The translations under genes and the position numbers were made by a program. A stretch of DNA of 64,000 bases from Octopus sinensis (taxonomy: Eukaryota): the NCBI RefSeq assembly GCF_006345805.1, contig NC_043008.1:6262001-6326000 (forward strand), written 5' to 3'. Positions 12,325 to 24,816 of the stretch are shown here, piece by piece (within the stretch, counting starts at the first letter, position 1; each line of letters begins with the position of its first letter). Below the pieces are notes generated by a model, which was not told the DNA's origin, did not search any database, and saw nothing but the letters and a program-made list of their open reading frames with translations.

Positions 12325-12800
12325 TCAATGACTAAAAATGTTGTATAACTGGCCATAATTTCTTTAGCTTGTAGTTCTAGGGTTAGATTCTCTCATGAAC
12401 AAAAGATTTAAAATTGCCGCTCAGCAACAGCTCAAGTTAAAGATAATCTGATCCATGAAGGATAATAATTGTCGACAGATTAGATATGATGTAACTGAGA
12501 GACACAAATGTGTTGAGTATTAAGACAGGACTTCTATCTGGGTAACAAGAGAGAACCCTCAAACTTCTATCAACTTAGACATTCTCAGCTCTTGATTAAG
12601 CTTTCATGTTTAAAGACTATGTCCAAATATTGGTCATGTGGAGAATTACAACCACAAGACTTCTAAGATAAGAGTTGCTAATCAAGTTCCAGTGAATGGG
12701 ATGAGCCAAACGTTGAGTTCATCCATCTGAAATTCCTCCTTAATTGCATGGTGTGTGTGTATATATATACATATGTATGTATGTAGATGTTTTAATATTT

Positions 12801-12975
12801 TGCTTAGTGGTATTTTGTCTGTCTTTATATTCTGAGTTCAAATTCTGCAGAGGTTGACTTTGCCTTTCCTCCTTTCGGTGTCAATAAATTAAGTACCAGT
12901 TGCATACTGGGGTCGATCTAATCAACTGGGCTCTCTCCCCTAAAATTTTGGGCCTTGTGCTTAGAGTAGAAAATA
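12801..12975 (+). mobile_element. tRNA-SINE family C
   Basis: ctgagttcaaattc B-box-like motif, gactttgccttt..ggggtcgat core. Confidence 0.8.
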
Positions 12976-13160
12976 TTATTTTGCTTAGGCATTGTGATAC
13001 TAATAACGTGGGCTCTGATGAAACTGTAAGATGCTGCTCTGCATCATAGCAGAAACAGCCATAAGCTAATGGAGTTCACAAGATAATTGCTTATTCCTTT
13101 GCCATCTCTTTTCTTATTACATACACACACATACACAATATAATATATACACATATATAC

Positions 13161-13202
<42 letters not shown>

Positions 13203-13206
<4 letters not shown>

Positions 13207-13330
13207 TCATCATCGTCGTTTAACGTCCGTTCTCCATGCTAGCATGGGTTGGACGGTTCGACCGGGGTTCTGGGAAGCCAGAAGGCTGCACCAGGCTCCA
13301 GTCTAATCTGGCAATGTTTCTACAGCTGGA
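13203..13330 (-). mobile_element. RTE 3' end fragment
   Basis: catcatcgtcgtttaacgtccg... is the reverse of the RTE tail. Confidence 0.8.
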
Positions 13331-14125
13331 ATATATATATATGTACACACACACACACATGTGTATGTATGTATGTATATATACAATAACCTCTATATAA
13401 CTATGTTTAGTAAATGGAATAAAAAGTAATCGATCCATAACTGAATTATCTTTGGGATTTTCGTAAATGTTATTCACATAATTATCAGAAAAACACCATC
13501 AAAATCACTTGTAATGGCCTCTTAAAAAAAGAAACCAAACACATTTTCCCCCCAAAACTTGTCAACTTGTATAAATAATTAAAGATTTGAGGGGTTTCAA
13601 TATTGTTTAAGACTATTTGATGGTGAAGAATTTAGTGTTAATTACAGGAATTTCTGTAAACCTTCACACAAATTCCTTCTGACAGTGGATTTTTATGTCT
13701 GCTTTTTAATTATTTTTTATGAGAAAACCTATTTCCAGTTGGAATTCTCCAAGTTGAAGAGGGCAAAACCTATCATGGCAAAATACTTCAAAGATGAACT
13801 ACGAGGTTCTTACTCTCAGAATTGGTTATAACAACAACAACAACAACAAAATAGATACAAATAAAATGTTAGGAGAAGCCAAAGAGAATTCTTTTTATGT
13901 TTTATGTATTTTTTCCTTTATAGGCTTATTTGATTATGTGTATTAACTTATTTGTATGTGTGTATATATGTGTGTATCTGTGAATGTATGTGTAGAAGTA
14001 TGTGTGTGCATCTTTGATTGATGTAACAAGTATGAAGTGTTTCAACTTTAGTGATGCTGAGCTGTCTTGTTTTTCATCAAAGTGTGAAGTTAGGGGGAGG
14101 AGGATTGGGTATCGAGAAACATAAA

Positions 14126-14215
14126 GAAGGGCCACTACTAATGAATATTTAAGTTAGCTTCTATGGGGGTCATTATACCTTTTAAACATAACAGCAAAAT
14201 CTCCCTCAAATTACA
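14126..14215. repeat. About 90-bp dispersed repeat, second copy at 14891-14979
   Basis: aagggccactactaat...gcaaaatctccctcaaattaca occurs twice. Confidence 0.75.
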
Positions 14216-14251
14216 ATCCGTTGGTGAAATGTTTTAATTTTTGTTGTGCTT

Positions 14252-14625
14252 GAGGAGACCTTTTGAGTCAAGTACATCAACATCAAAATAAAAATCAAAC
14301 GGAAATTGTAGTTGTGATACCCGTGCCAGTGGCACGTAAAAGGCACCATCCGAATGTGGCCGATGCCAGCGCTGCCTTGACTGGCTTCCTTGCCGGTGGC
14401 ATGTAAAAAGCACCAACTGATCATGAATTTTGCCAGCCTCCCCTGGCACCTGTGCCGGTGGCACGTAAAAAGCACCCACCTCACTCACGGAGTGGTTGGC
14501 ATTAGGCAGGGCATCCAGCTGTAGAAACACTGCCAGATCACACTGGAGCCTGGTGCAGCCTCCTGGCTTCCCAGATCCTGTTCAAACCATCCAACCCATG
14601 CTAGCATGGAAAACAGACGTTAAAC

Positions 14626-14668
<43 letters not shown>

Positions 14669-14669
14669 G
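14252..14669 (+). mobile_element. RTE 3' UTR with (GAT)n tail
   Basis: Homologous to 4501-4936 and 38993-39330. Confidence 0.85.
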
Positions 14670-15385
14670 TGATTACTGAGCTGTCCTCTTCTCCATCAGA
14701 GTGTAAAATTAAGTTAAGTGGAGAGGATGATGATGGTGATGATGATGAGGAGGAGGAGAAGAAGAGAGTATATAATATATTTTATGAGATGAAGTAGATA
14801 AGAGGTCTCATTGTCACTCATGATGCTTGTAAGTATTTAAGCAGGGAAATTATGGTAGGGACAAGTATCAGTGCATGTTGGTGTGTGTGAGAAGGGCCAC
14901 TACTAATCAATATTTAAGAGACCTTCTATGGGGTCACAATACCTTCTAAACATAGCAGCAAAATCTCCCTCAAATTACATTTCCATCATAGGATAATGTA
15001 GTCCTAGGATGGACTGATTAAGAATGGTGGGATGGGGGTAGCAGATACTTACGGTGAGGGATACATTTTGATCTTAGACTAGGGTGGGGGGAGAGGATGT
15101 TAAACATCAACAATGATTAATGTTTTCTTATAAAGCTTAAATGAATGAAGATAAATGAATAACGAGGTTGGCCCTCGAAGGAACAACATTGAATTGTTGT
15201 TATTGAATGGTACTTAAGATGGAAGCTGATTGTTAATTTGTGGAAACGATGAATAAAATATATAATGACATGTAGTAAGTAGGTTCCGTTTTTTATAATT
15301 TTATTTTTAGAAAAAAAAAAGCAAAGGCAAAAACAAAATGACTGCAAAAAGAAGTAATATTGCCAGAAGCCTGCTCAATTTGTGA

Positions 15386-15438
<53 letters not shown>

Positions 15439-15712
15439 TTACTACTACTACCGTTGCTGCTGTTGCTGCAGTTATGAACTTGATGATTATGATGATGATG
15501 GTGACAATGATTAGAGGAATGATATATATATATATATGTGTAGGGTATATGTAGGGGTTCATCAGGGTATGAGTAGGGCTTCACCAAGGATCAGTCCTTA
15601 CAATCCCACGATCGTAAGCTCGACACTCTATCCACTGAGCCATGCACCTTCACATTTGTACCAACCTAAATCCTAGCATGCTCAATGTTAGGATAACTGT
15701 TAACCACTAAAA

Positions 15713-17007
15713 CAGGAATTCTCAACCATTTTTTTAATCTATGGACCCCTATCATATTCTGGTGGACCCCTATAGCCATTTGGTGTTTAAATGGTACTTT
15801 TTTTCAAAATTTCTATTTTGTTTTTCACACATTAACTTGTGTAGGTTGAATGATGTAAATTGTTAGAGAAAGAAACATAACTCTTTCTTGCAAAACATAC
15901 CTGTTTCTTTATTACCCACAGTGGGGTTAAACATAGAGGGGACAAACAAGGACAGACACACAGATTAAGTCGATTACATCGACCCCAGTGCATAACTGGT
16001 ACTTAATTTATCGACCCCGAAAGGATGGAAGCCAAAGTCGACCTCGGCAGAATTTGAACTCAGAATGTAACGCAGACAATACTGCTAAGCATTTCGGCGT
16101 GACGCTTCCCACCTTAGTATAAATACATTTCAGAGGCACAAAATTTTGGGGCCAGTCGATTACATCGTATGCTGGTTCTTAATTTATCGACCCAGAAGAA
16201 GCCAAGTCGACCTCGGCATTTTGAACTCAGATGTGCAGACAAAATACTGCTAGCACCTTGCTAACGCTTCTGCCAGCTTGCCACCTAGTAAATAAATATA
16301 TTCATTTCTACTCTAGGCACAAGGCACAAAATTTTGGGGGAGGGGCCAGTCGATTACATCGACCCCAGTATGCAAATGGTTCTTAATTTCGACCCAGAAA
16401 AGATGGAAGCCAAAGTCGCCCGGCAGAATTTGAACTAGATGTAATGCAAAATACCACTAAGCATTTCATCTGGTGTGCTAACACTTCTGCCAGCTTGCCA
16501 CCTTAGTAAATAAATATATTCATTTCTACTCTAGGCACAAGGCACAAAATTTTGGGGGAGGGGCCAGTCGATTACATCGACCCCAGTATGCAAATGGTTC
16601 TTAATTTATCGACCCAGAAAAGATGGAAGCCAAAGTCGACCTCGGCAGAATTTGAACTCAGAATGTAACGGCAGACAAAATACTGCTAAGCATTTCATCC
16701 GGCGTGCTAACGCTTCTGCCAGCTCACCACCTTAGCTTATTCTGGTGGTCCCCTATAACCATTTGGTGTTTAAATTGTACTTTTTTTCAAAATTTCTACT
16801 TTGTTTTTCACACATTAACTTGTGTAGGTTGAACAATGAAAAATGTTAGAGAAAGAAACAAAACTCTTTCTTGCAAAACATACCAATACAAGATACAACT
16901 AAATCAAAATTTTTTGAGGTAGCACAATTTACAATTTTGCTGCACGAACTTCCAAAAATCTTGTGTGGATGCTCAGGGGCCAACTGGACCCTGGTTGATA
17001 ACCCCTG
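15713..17007. mobile_element. hAT-like MITE hosting a SINE array
   Basis: TIRs caggaattctcaacc / ggttgataacccctg; 8-bp TSD cactaaaa / cactgaaa. Confidence 0.75.
15902..16737 (-). mobile_element. Tandem array of 4 SINE family C units
   Basis: Four units share the variant gaagccaa(a)gtcg; flanked by 147-bp direct repeats. Confidence 0.85.
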
Positions 17008-17870
17008 CACTGAAAGACCCTCAGTTTTAATGATCTCCTATGACAGATCAAAGAAATCGATTTATTTAATCATGAGAGCAGCAGGGAACACGAAAAACAG
17101 GATTTACTTTCACTCTCCATTTTATCCCCCCTGGGGTTCATAAAACAAAGTACTTTTCATAAACTAGGATTAATATAATCAACAATACCCCGCTTTCTGA
17201 ATATTTAAACATCAATCAGTTATTCATGTGATTGTACAGAACTCAAGCATTTAGAAGTTTGTCATCAGTGTGGCAGGGTAGATAGACCCGGGTGTTGGGT
17301 GGTGTCTGTTTATTCCAATCACGATCAAGTTGGTGCTTTGTGTGTTGTTCATGTGATATAATCAATTGTATCGTTGTTGCTGTTGTTGTTTAATCTCATG
17401 TCAGCCATCACCAAGCGGATCTTTGATCAAAAACATTTCAACTGTGACCATCTGGTTTCTTTGTGTATCTACAACCACATCATCCATTATGACCCTACTC
17501 GTTGTCAAAGACAGTGAGGTGTGTGCGTAACAACAAGGAGGTCAGCTCATTAGTTCAAGCCTCCCTCGTTTATGTGTTTCTGTAAACACTCATGCACGTA
17601 TATACTATAGACAACTATTTATATACAACACACACACATACACACACATTATATGTATTTACATTTGTCATATAAACAAATGAATGACTTTTACTGTAGC
17701 CATATGGCAAAACTAGTGGAGCATCGAATATTATTGATGTGGAGATTTAGAAAGAGGTAAAAACAAATTTAGTTAGATTATTTCTGTGACCATACATCTT
17801 GTAGATATATGCCAACGATTTTGGCAATGAAGTGAACATTCCAGATAATGTCAGTTCTATTGTAGGTGTT

Positions 17871-17972
17871 TAGCAAAATTCGTAGTAGTTCCTTGAACAT
17901 TCTCTGACACATTCTTATTCTGATTCTTGTAATTTCAGAACAACCACCTTCCTTGCTAATTACATCTCCTAC
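17871..17972 (-). pseudogene. RTE ORF fragment (post-RT)
   Basis: VGDVISKEGGCSEITRIRIRMCQRMFKELLRILL overlaps the ARIRRGWRKFKEL motif at 4038. Confidence 0.65.
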
Positions 17973-17990
17973 ATGGAAGATTGACATTAA

Positions 17991-18028
<38 letters not shown>

Positions 18029-18094
18029 ATATATATATATATACACATATGCATGCGCGCACACCCACACACACACCCACGTGTATTTATGTGT

Positions 18095-18380
18095 GAATGT
18101 CTTTGTGTCTGTGTTTGTACCCCACCCACCCACCATCACTTAACAACCGATGTTGCTGTGTCTAAGTCCCCATAACTTAGCAGTTTGGCAAAAGTCATGG
18201 GGTTGGTTTGTTCGACTAAAATCCCTTTAAAGTGGCGCTCCAGCTTGGCTACAGTCAAGTGACTGAAACAAGTAAAAGAGTAAAAGAGCAAGCAGTGGGG
18301 TTGATTCGTTCAACTAAAATTGTTCAATGCAGTGCTCCAGCAAGGCCGCAGTCCAAAGATTGAAAAGCAAGTAAAGATAC
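18095..18380 (+). mobile_element. SINE family B, 3' half plus a duplicated tail fragment
   Basis: Matches 3840-4038. Confidence 0.75.
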
Positions 18381-19035
18381 AAGGACAGACGAACGGACCC
18401 ACACACACACACACACACACATATACACATGTATCTGTGCTTTTAGAGCGACTGTTTCACTGCTGAGTGTCGTCTCATTGTTAGAACGAACAATGGGGGA
18501 AACTAAGAATGAACTGGAGAGAGTTCCCATTGTGAAACAATTGTGGTGTTATGACTTTAAGGGTTAAACTCTCTCCACCGAGGTCAGTAGTTGACCAGCT
18601 TAGCTGCACACCATATTGTACTTACAAGTCATTATGTTTGGAATATACGAGTTTAGGCTTCTTTAAAATTGCACAGAATGTAGCAATGTAAGAATTAGTT
18701 TCCAGAGGAAATGGTTTAGTAAACTAAAAGAAATACTTTAGTCACAGATATTTCTCTGAGATAGTTTAATTGTGAATAAATCAATGAAAACTACCGACTA
18801 AATTCAATGAAATGTCTCTCGACAAAGCTGATCTAGGTTTCAATGGAAGCAGACTATTTTCTTAACTAATATTTCATCAACCAGACAAATATCAAGTGTA
18901 TTCATATTTAAGAAGTCATGGACATAATCACATTCTCAATCATCTTGATGGAAAGGAAGCCATCTCGAGGGTCTTTTAAATGGTGTCAATTTGAAGATAT
19001 TAACACAACGCTGTAAAAATAGTCCTTCAAGTATT

Positions 19036-19305
19036 ATATCATCATCGTCGTTTAACGTCTGCTTTCCATGCTAGCATGGGTTAGACGTATGACTGAGGGC
19101 TGGCAAACTAGATGGCTGCACCAGGCTCCAATCTTGATCTGGCAGAGTTTCTACAGCTGGATGCCCCTCCTAATGCCAACCACTCCGAGAGTGTAGTGGA
19201 TGCACGGGGGCAGTCAGGCGGCACTGGCAATGACCTTGCTCGAATCTTTTACACATGCCACCGGTACGGGTGCCAGTAAGGCGATGCTGGTAACGATCAC
19301 GCTTG
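19036..19305 (-). mobile_element. RTE 3' UTR
   Basis: Reverse of the 14252-14669 type sequence. Confidence 0.8.
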
Positions 19306-20528
19306 TATATTGTTGTTGCAAAAAGTAACAAACAACTTCATTTTGATCAGGACCACTTGCTAAGTATTCCTCATTTCTGGGTTCCAAATTGCCAATGTTG
19401 AATTTATATTCCATCCTTCTAAGGTCAACAAGAGCTGATCAGATTTGGTTAAGTTAATTGATGACAGCACTCTCCAACTAAGTAAATGGCCAGAAGCTTA
19501 ATCAAATTTAGCTGCCAAATGATTCTGCATCTTGTCTTCGAGTCAAGTAGTTTGTCTTTCATAGATATGGAGAAACAGATTTTGTTGGGGAATTCATTAA
19601 AGGAAATATTATTTCACTAAAACGAAGAAAGGTGACAGAAGAAGAAGCTATGTAATTAAGTGAATTTAATGAATTAATCACAAGGTTTGCTCAAATATTT
19701 ACTGATTGTCCATAATAAGGAGAATGGATTTGCTTTGAATTAAATATGAGAGAGGCTTCAAGTATCCTGATCTTCCCTGAGAAGAAATGCCTAGAGGCAT
19801 TTTATGAGGCATTTCCTGAGATGAATGCCTCTAGGCATTTACTCAACCTGCTAAAAGTAGAAGCTACTCTCAAATAAATCTGCCTACTATCTTAAAAAGA
19901 AAGAAGGACATATTAGATGATTTAGTCAAGAGACCCCTATAAAGAAGGGATAGTCGGACCTTCACTACCTTGATACCTGTGTGTTAAGGGTTGATTTGGG
20001 TTTAAATGACAACTATGTTCCCCAATAGTTTATTTCTAGGGAGTCATTATTTGTGTATGTGTGTGCATATGTGCTTGTATGCAGACATATGTACATACGT
20101 CCATATATATATATATATATAATTGATTAAGTGACCGGAAGATGGTTTTAGTATTAGTTTTTAATTTGTACGACAATTTCAACCCATCCTTCTGCTGTCC
20201 CTCATGGGAGGGACTCTGTGTAATATGTTGTGTTACATCCATTTTGCAGTCTGGGTTACATCGAAGTACATCCATACATAAAGTGGTGTCTCGCTTAAAG
20301 ATCTTGAGTTTGGGGCAGTCGTGCTGTTATTTGTAGAATTTCTGAAGTAGATCTAATGGAAATATATCCTGACTGCGGATGACACCAGGTAGCCCAAACC
20401 GTGGCAGTGCTTTACTCAACACATCAGCACACTTACTGACGTATACTCATTTAGCCAAGATATTGCATATATACATGTGTGTGTGTGTGTGTGTGTTTGT
20501 GTGTGTGCATGTGTGTGTGTATATATAT

Positions 20529-20980
20529 ATATCATCATCATCGTCATTTAACATCCGCTTTCCATGCTGGCATGGGTTGGATGGTTTGACTGAGGAGTGG
20601 TGAGCCAGATGACTGCACCAGACTCAATCTGATCTGGCAAAGTTTCTACAGCTGGATGCCCTTCATAATGCCAACCCCTTCGAGAGTGTAGTGAGTGCCA
20701 GTCAGATGGTTCTTACAACAACCATCTCAAAAGGTGTTTTTTACATGCTACTTGCATGGGAGATAGTCAGGTGGCACTGGAAATGACGACACTCGAATGT
20801 TGCTTTTCATGTGTCACCAGCATGTGCCGGTAAGGCAACACTGGCAATGATCACACTCAAATGGTACTTTTTACATGCCACTGGCATGGGAGCCGATCTT
20901 GAGCCCTGGTAACGATCATGCTCGGATGTGCTTTTAACGTTCCACTGGCATGAGTACCAATCTGGCGGCACACATGTCTT
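20529..20980 (-). mobile_element. RTE 3' UTR
   Basis: Same family. Confidence 0.8.
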
Positions 20981-21000
20981 GTAAGTGCGTGTGTATTTCA

Positions 21001-21004
<4 letters not shown>

Positions 21005-21036
<32 letters not shown>

Positions 21037-21375
21037 GTATATGTACACATATGTACATGTATATGTGTGTGTGTATATGTGTATATATATATTTATGTGG
21101 GTGTCTATATGCATGTATATATGAGTATATATATATGTATATATATATATATTTATGCAGTTGTCTATATGCATGTATATATGAGTATATATATAACGAG
21201 AAGCTTTATGAAAATAAACAAAAGACGAAGGCAGGTGGAGTATATATGTGTGTATATGTGTATATAAATATTTATGTGGGTGTCTATATGCATGTATATA
21301 TGAGTATATATATATGTGTATATATATATATATTTATGTGGTTGTCTATGTGCATGTATATATGAGTATATATAT

Positions 21376-21417
<42 letters not shown>

Positions 21418-21522
21418 GTGGGTGTCTATATGCATGTATATATGAGTATATATATATATGTGTGTGTATATGTGTATATATATATATTTATGTGGGTGTC
21501 TATATGCATGTATATATGAGTG

Positions 21523-21555
<33 letters not shown>

Positions 21556-21560
21556 ACATG
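21005..21560. repeat. Compound minisatellite (about 60-75 bp units built on TA/TG)
   Basis: tgtctatatgcatgtatatatgagt recurs 6 times. Confidence 0.85.
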
Positions 21561-22083
21561 TGTATATGTGTTAGTTAAATAATACTTGAAGCTTATCATA
21601 TAAACAATGTTAAATGGAATACTTTTGTAAACATTATTTTGAAAAATAATGATAAACTTGTAACTGAGAATCATATTATAGATTTGTTAGTTTGTTCTGA
21701 TAACAGAACATAAACTCTTTTCACAATTACAATAAAGATAGAGACACTTATGCGGCAGAAACCATCATTATTTTTACTTTCTCTATACTGTTTAACAATG
21801 TATACCAATTACAAATGACGACACACGCACACAAACACAAACATACGCACACATAAGCATGAACATATATATATACATAAACACATACATAAACACAGAG
21901 ATGTATTTATATACACCCACATATATTCTGCTCTTTTGCTTTTGTCATCTTCCTGCTGTCTTAATTATATTATTGAATGTAATGCGTTTCCTTTTTTCAT
22001 ACGTTTCAGACACAGAAGAGGCCGTATCATTATGTCATTAAGATAGACTGTGTGTTACTGAGTCTATTGTAGTATCGCTGAAT

Positions 22084-22495
22084 CTTTTCTCTTTTACTTG
22101 TTTCAGTCATTTGACTGCGGCCATGCTGGAGCACCGCCTTTAGGCGAGCAAATCGACCCCGGGACTTATTCTTTGTAAGCCCAGTACTTATTCTATCGGT
22201 CTCTTTTTGCCGAACCGCTAAGTGACGGGGACGTAAACACACCAGCATCGGTTGTCAAGCAATGCTAGGGGGACAAACACAGACACACAAACATACACAC
22301 ATACATATATATATATATATATACATATATACGACAGGCTTCTTTCAGTTTCCGTCTACCAAATCCACTCACAAGGCATTGGTCAGCCTGGGGCTATAGC
22401 AGAAGACACTTGCCCAAGATGCCACGCAGTGGGACTGAACCCAGAACCATGTGGTTGGTTAGCAAGCTACATACCACACAGCCACTCCTGCGCCT
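22084..22495 (-). mobile_element. SINE family B, full length
   Basis: Reverse complement of 3575-4038; many CpGs retained. Confidence 0.9.
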
Positions 22496-22667
22496 ATAGC
22501 CACTCCGCTTAGTGATGAATCTTTAAGATATGGTGTATCCACTAACTGGGCTGTTGAAATATATGTTGTATTGTGTTTAGTGCAATTTCAGTAGCTGACA
22601 ATCCGTAATCACACTTCATATTTAACGGGGGTTACATTCATTCATTGTATCTTAGAATCAACACTAT

Positions 22668-23283
22668 CAACATTGGCACAAGGCCAGCAATTTTAGGGGA
22701 GGGGTTGCATTGATTACATTGACCCCCAGTGCTCAACTGGTACTTATTTTGTTAAACTCCGAAAGGATGAGAAGTAAAGTCGACCTCAGCAGAATTTGAA
22801 CCCAGAACATACAGATAGATGGTTCGCCACTAAGCATTTTGACCAGCATTCTAACAATTCTGCCAGCTAAATATTGATTTCAAATTTTGGCGCAAGGCCG
22901 GCAGTTTCGGGGTATGGGGCTGGTCGATTACATTGACCCCAGTGCTCAAATGGTACTTATTCTATCGACCCTGAAGAGATAAAAGGCAAAGTGGACCTCA
23001 ACAGAATTTGAACTCAGAACCTAAAGACAGACAAAATGTCACTAAGCATTTTGTCCAGCATGCTAACCATTCTGCCAGTTCACCTGACACAAGGCCAGTA
23101 ACTCTGGGGAAGGAGTAAGTTACTTATATCGACCTTAGAGCTTCGCTGGAACTTCTTTTATCGACCATAAAAGGGATATAAGACAAACTTAACTTTGGTG
23201 GAATTTGAACTCAGGACTTAAAGATGGATGAAATGCCATGAAGCATTTTTCCCAGGATGCTAACCATTCTGCCAGCTTGCCAC
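22668..23283 (-). mobile_element. Three diverged tandem SINE family C units
   Basis: cgacc..gaatttgaac-cag..aagcatttt..gcta-c-attctgccag repeated three times. Confidence 0.8.
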
Positions 23284-23784
23284 CGTCAACACTAAATATT
23301 GACAATAAATCTATGAGGATGGTAATAAAAAAGGGGAGGAAGTGGTGGAGATAGTGGTGGTGGTGGTGGTGGTGTGGTTGTGGTGGTGGTGGTGGTGCTG
23401 GTTTATTATGTTGCTGCTGTTACTGATGCGTAACAGGAATGGTAAATTGCTTCCACAAATAATAAAAAAGTAAAACAGAAAAGATCCATTACATCATTAG
23501 AAACATGAAAAGAAAACAAGAACAAAAGGAATAAACTAATAAAACCATTTAATAAAAAAAATCATTATACAAATTATTGTACATACACACACAGACACAA
23601 ACACATGAACACACACACACACTTGTACTATATAGGTACAAACACACACAGACACATACGGGTTAAGCTTGTTTTGTACAACTATGAAGCGGGTTGATTA
23701 GCTTGCAGATGTATTCGCTATGGAAGCTGCCCATAACAATCATTGCTAATTCATCCAGTTGTCGTAGCACTCCGTCGGTTACGA

Positions 23785-24135
23785 GGAGGAGGGTTCCAGT
23801 TGAGGTGAGCGATGGAACAGCCAGCTCGTGAAATTAACGTGAAAGTGGCTGAGCACTCCACACACACACACATGTACCCTTAATGTAGTTCTTGGGGGAG
23901 ATTCAGCGTGACAAGGCTGGCCCCTTTGAAATACAGGTACAACAGAAACAGGAAGAAAGCGGGAGAGAAAGTTGTGGTGAAAGAGTACAGCAGGGTTCAC
24001 CACCATCCCCTGCCAGAGCCTCGTGGAGATTTAGGTGTTTTCACTCAATAAACACTCTCAAAGCCTGGTCTGGGAATCAAAACTGCAATTCTGTGACCTC
24101 GAGTCCACTGCCCTTACCATGAGGACATTGCCCCA
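23785..24135 (-). mobile_element. SINE A body joined to a SINE E head
   Basis: 23785-23945 matches family A; 23945-24135 matches family E. Confidence 0.7.
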
Positions 24136-24372
24136 CCACATATTGGCCAAATCCTTCAAATACTTGCCCGTTTGCGGTCTGACCAAATATATTTATATTA
24201 GTTAACTAACCCCTACAGAGTTTCTTGGTGTATTTAAGGGGGCATCAGCCTGTCAAACAAACAGGGTTGAGATGGTCATTGTTGGATTTCAGTTATGAAT
24301 ACAGCTAATCAATTTTTAAAACATTATAAAATAATCTTTGCACAACTAAGTTATTTATTGTGTGTATATTAT

Positions 24373-24571
24373 GAGCTGCCAGAAACGTTAGCACGCCGGG
24401 TGAAATGCTTAGCAGTATTTCATCTATCACTACGTTCTGAGTTCAAATTCTGCCGAGGTGAACTTTGCCTATTATCCTTTCGGGGTTGATAAATTAAGTA
24501 CAGTTGCATACTGGAGTCAATCTAATCGATTAGCCTCCTCCCCAAAAATTTGGGGCCTTGTGCCTAGAGTA
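24373..24571 (+). mobile_element. SINE family C
   Basis: gagctgccagaaacgttagc head, ctgagttcaaattc. Confidence 0.85.
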
Positions 24572-24574
24572 GCA

Positions 24575-24720
24575 CAACTGTAGAATGTAATTTTTTCAAG
24601 ACTTATACATGCCCTGATACCGTCAGTATCTACATATCAAATTTGGGTGCAATCGGATGGAGGATTGAGATCCTAGAAAACACAGACAGAGAGAACAGAT
24701 TTTATATAATATATATACAT
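24575..24720 (+). mobile_element. Possible Helentron/DINE-like 3' end
   Basis: aaatttgggtgcaatcggatggagg...cacagacaga...ttttatata resembles such termini; recognition only. Confidence 0.35.
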
Positions 24721-24725
24721 ATGTG

Positions 24726-24816
<91 letters not shown>

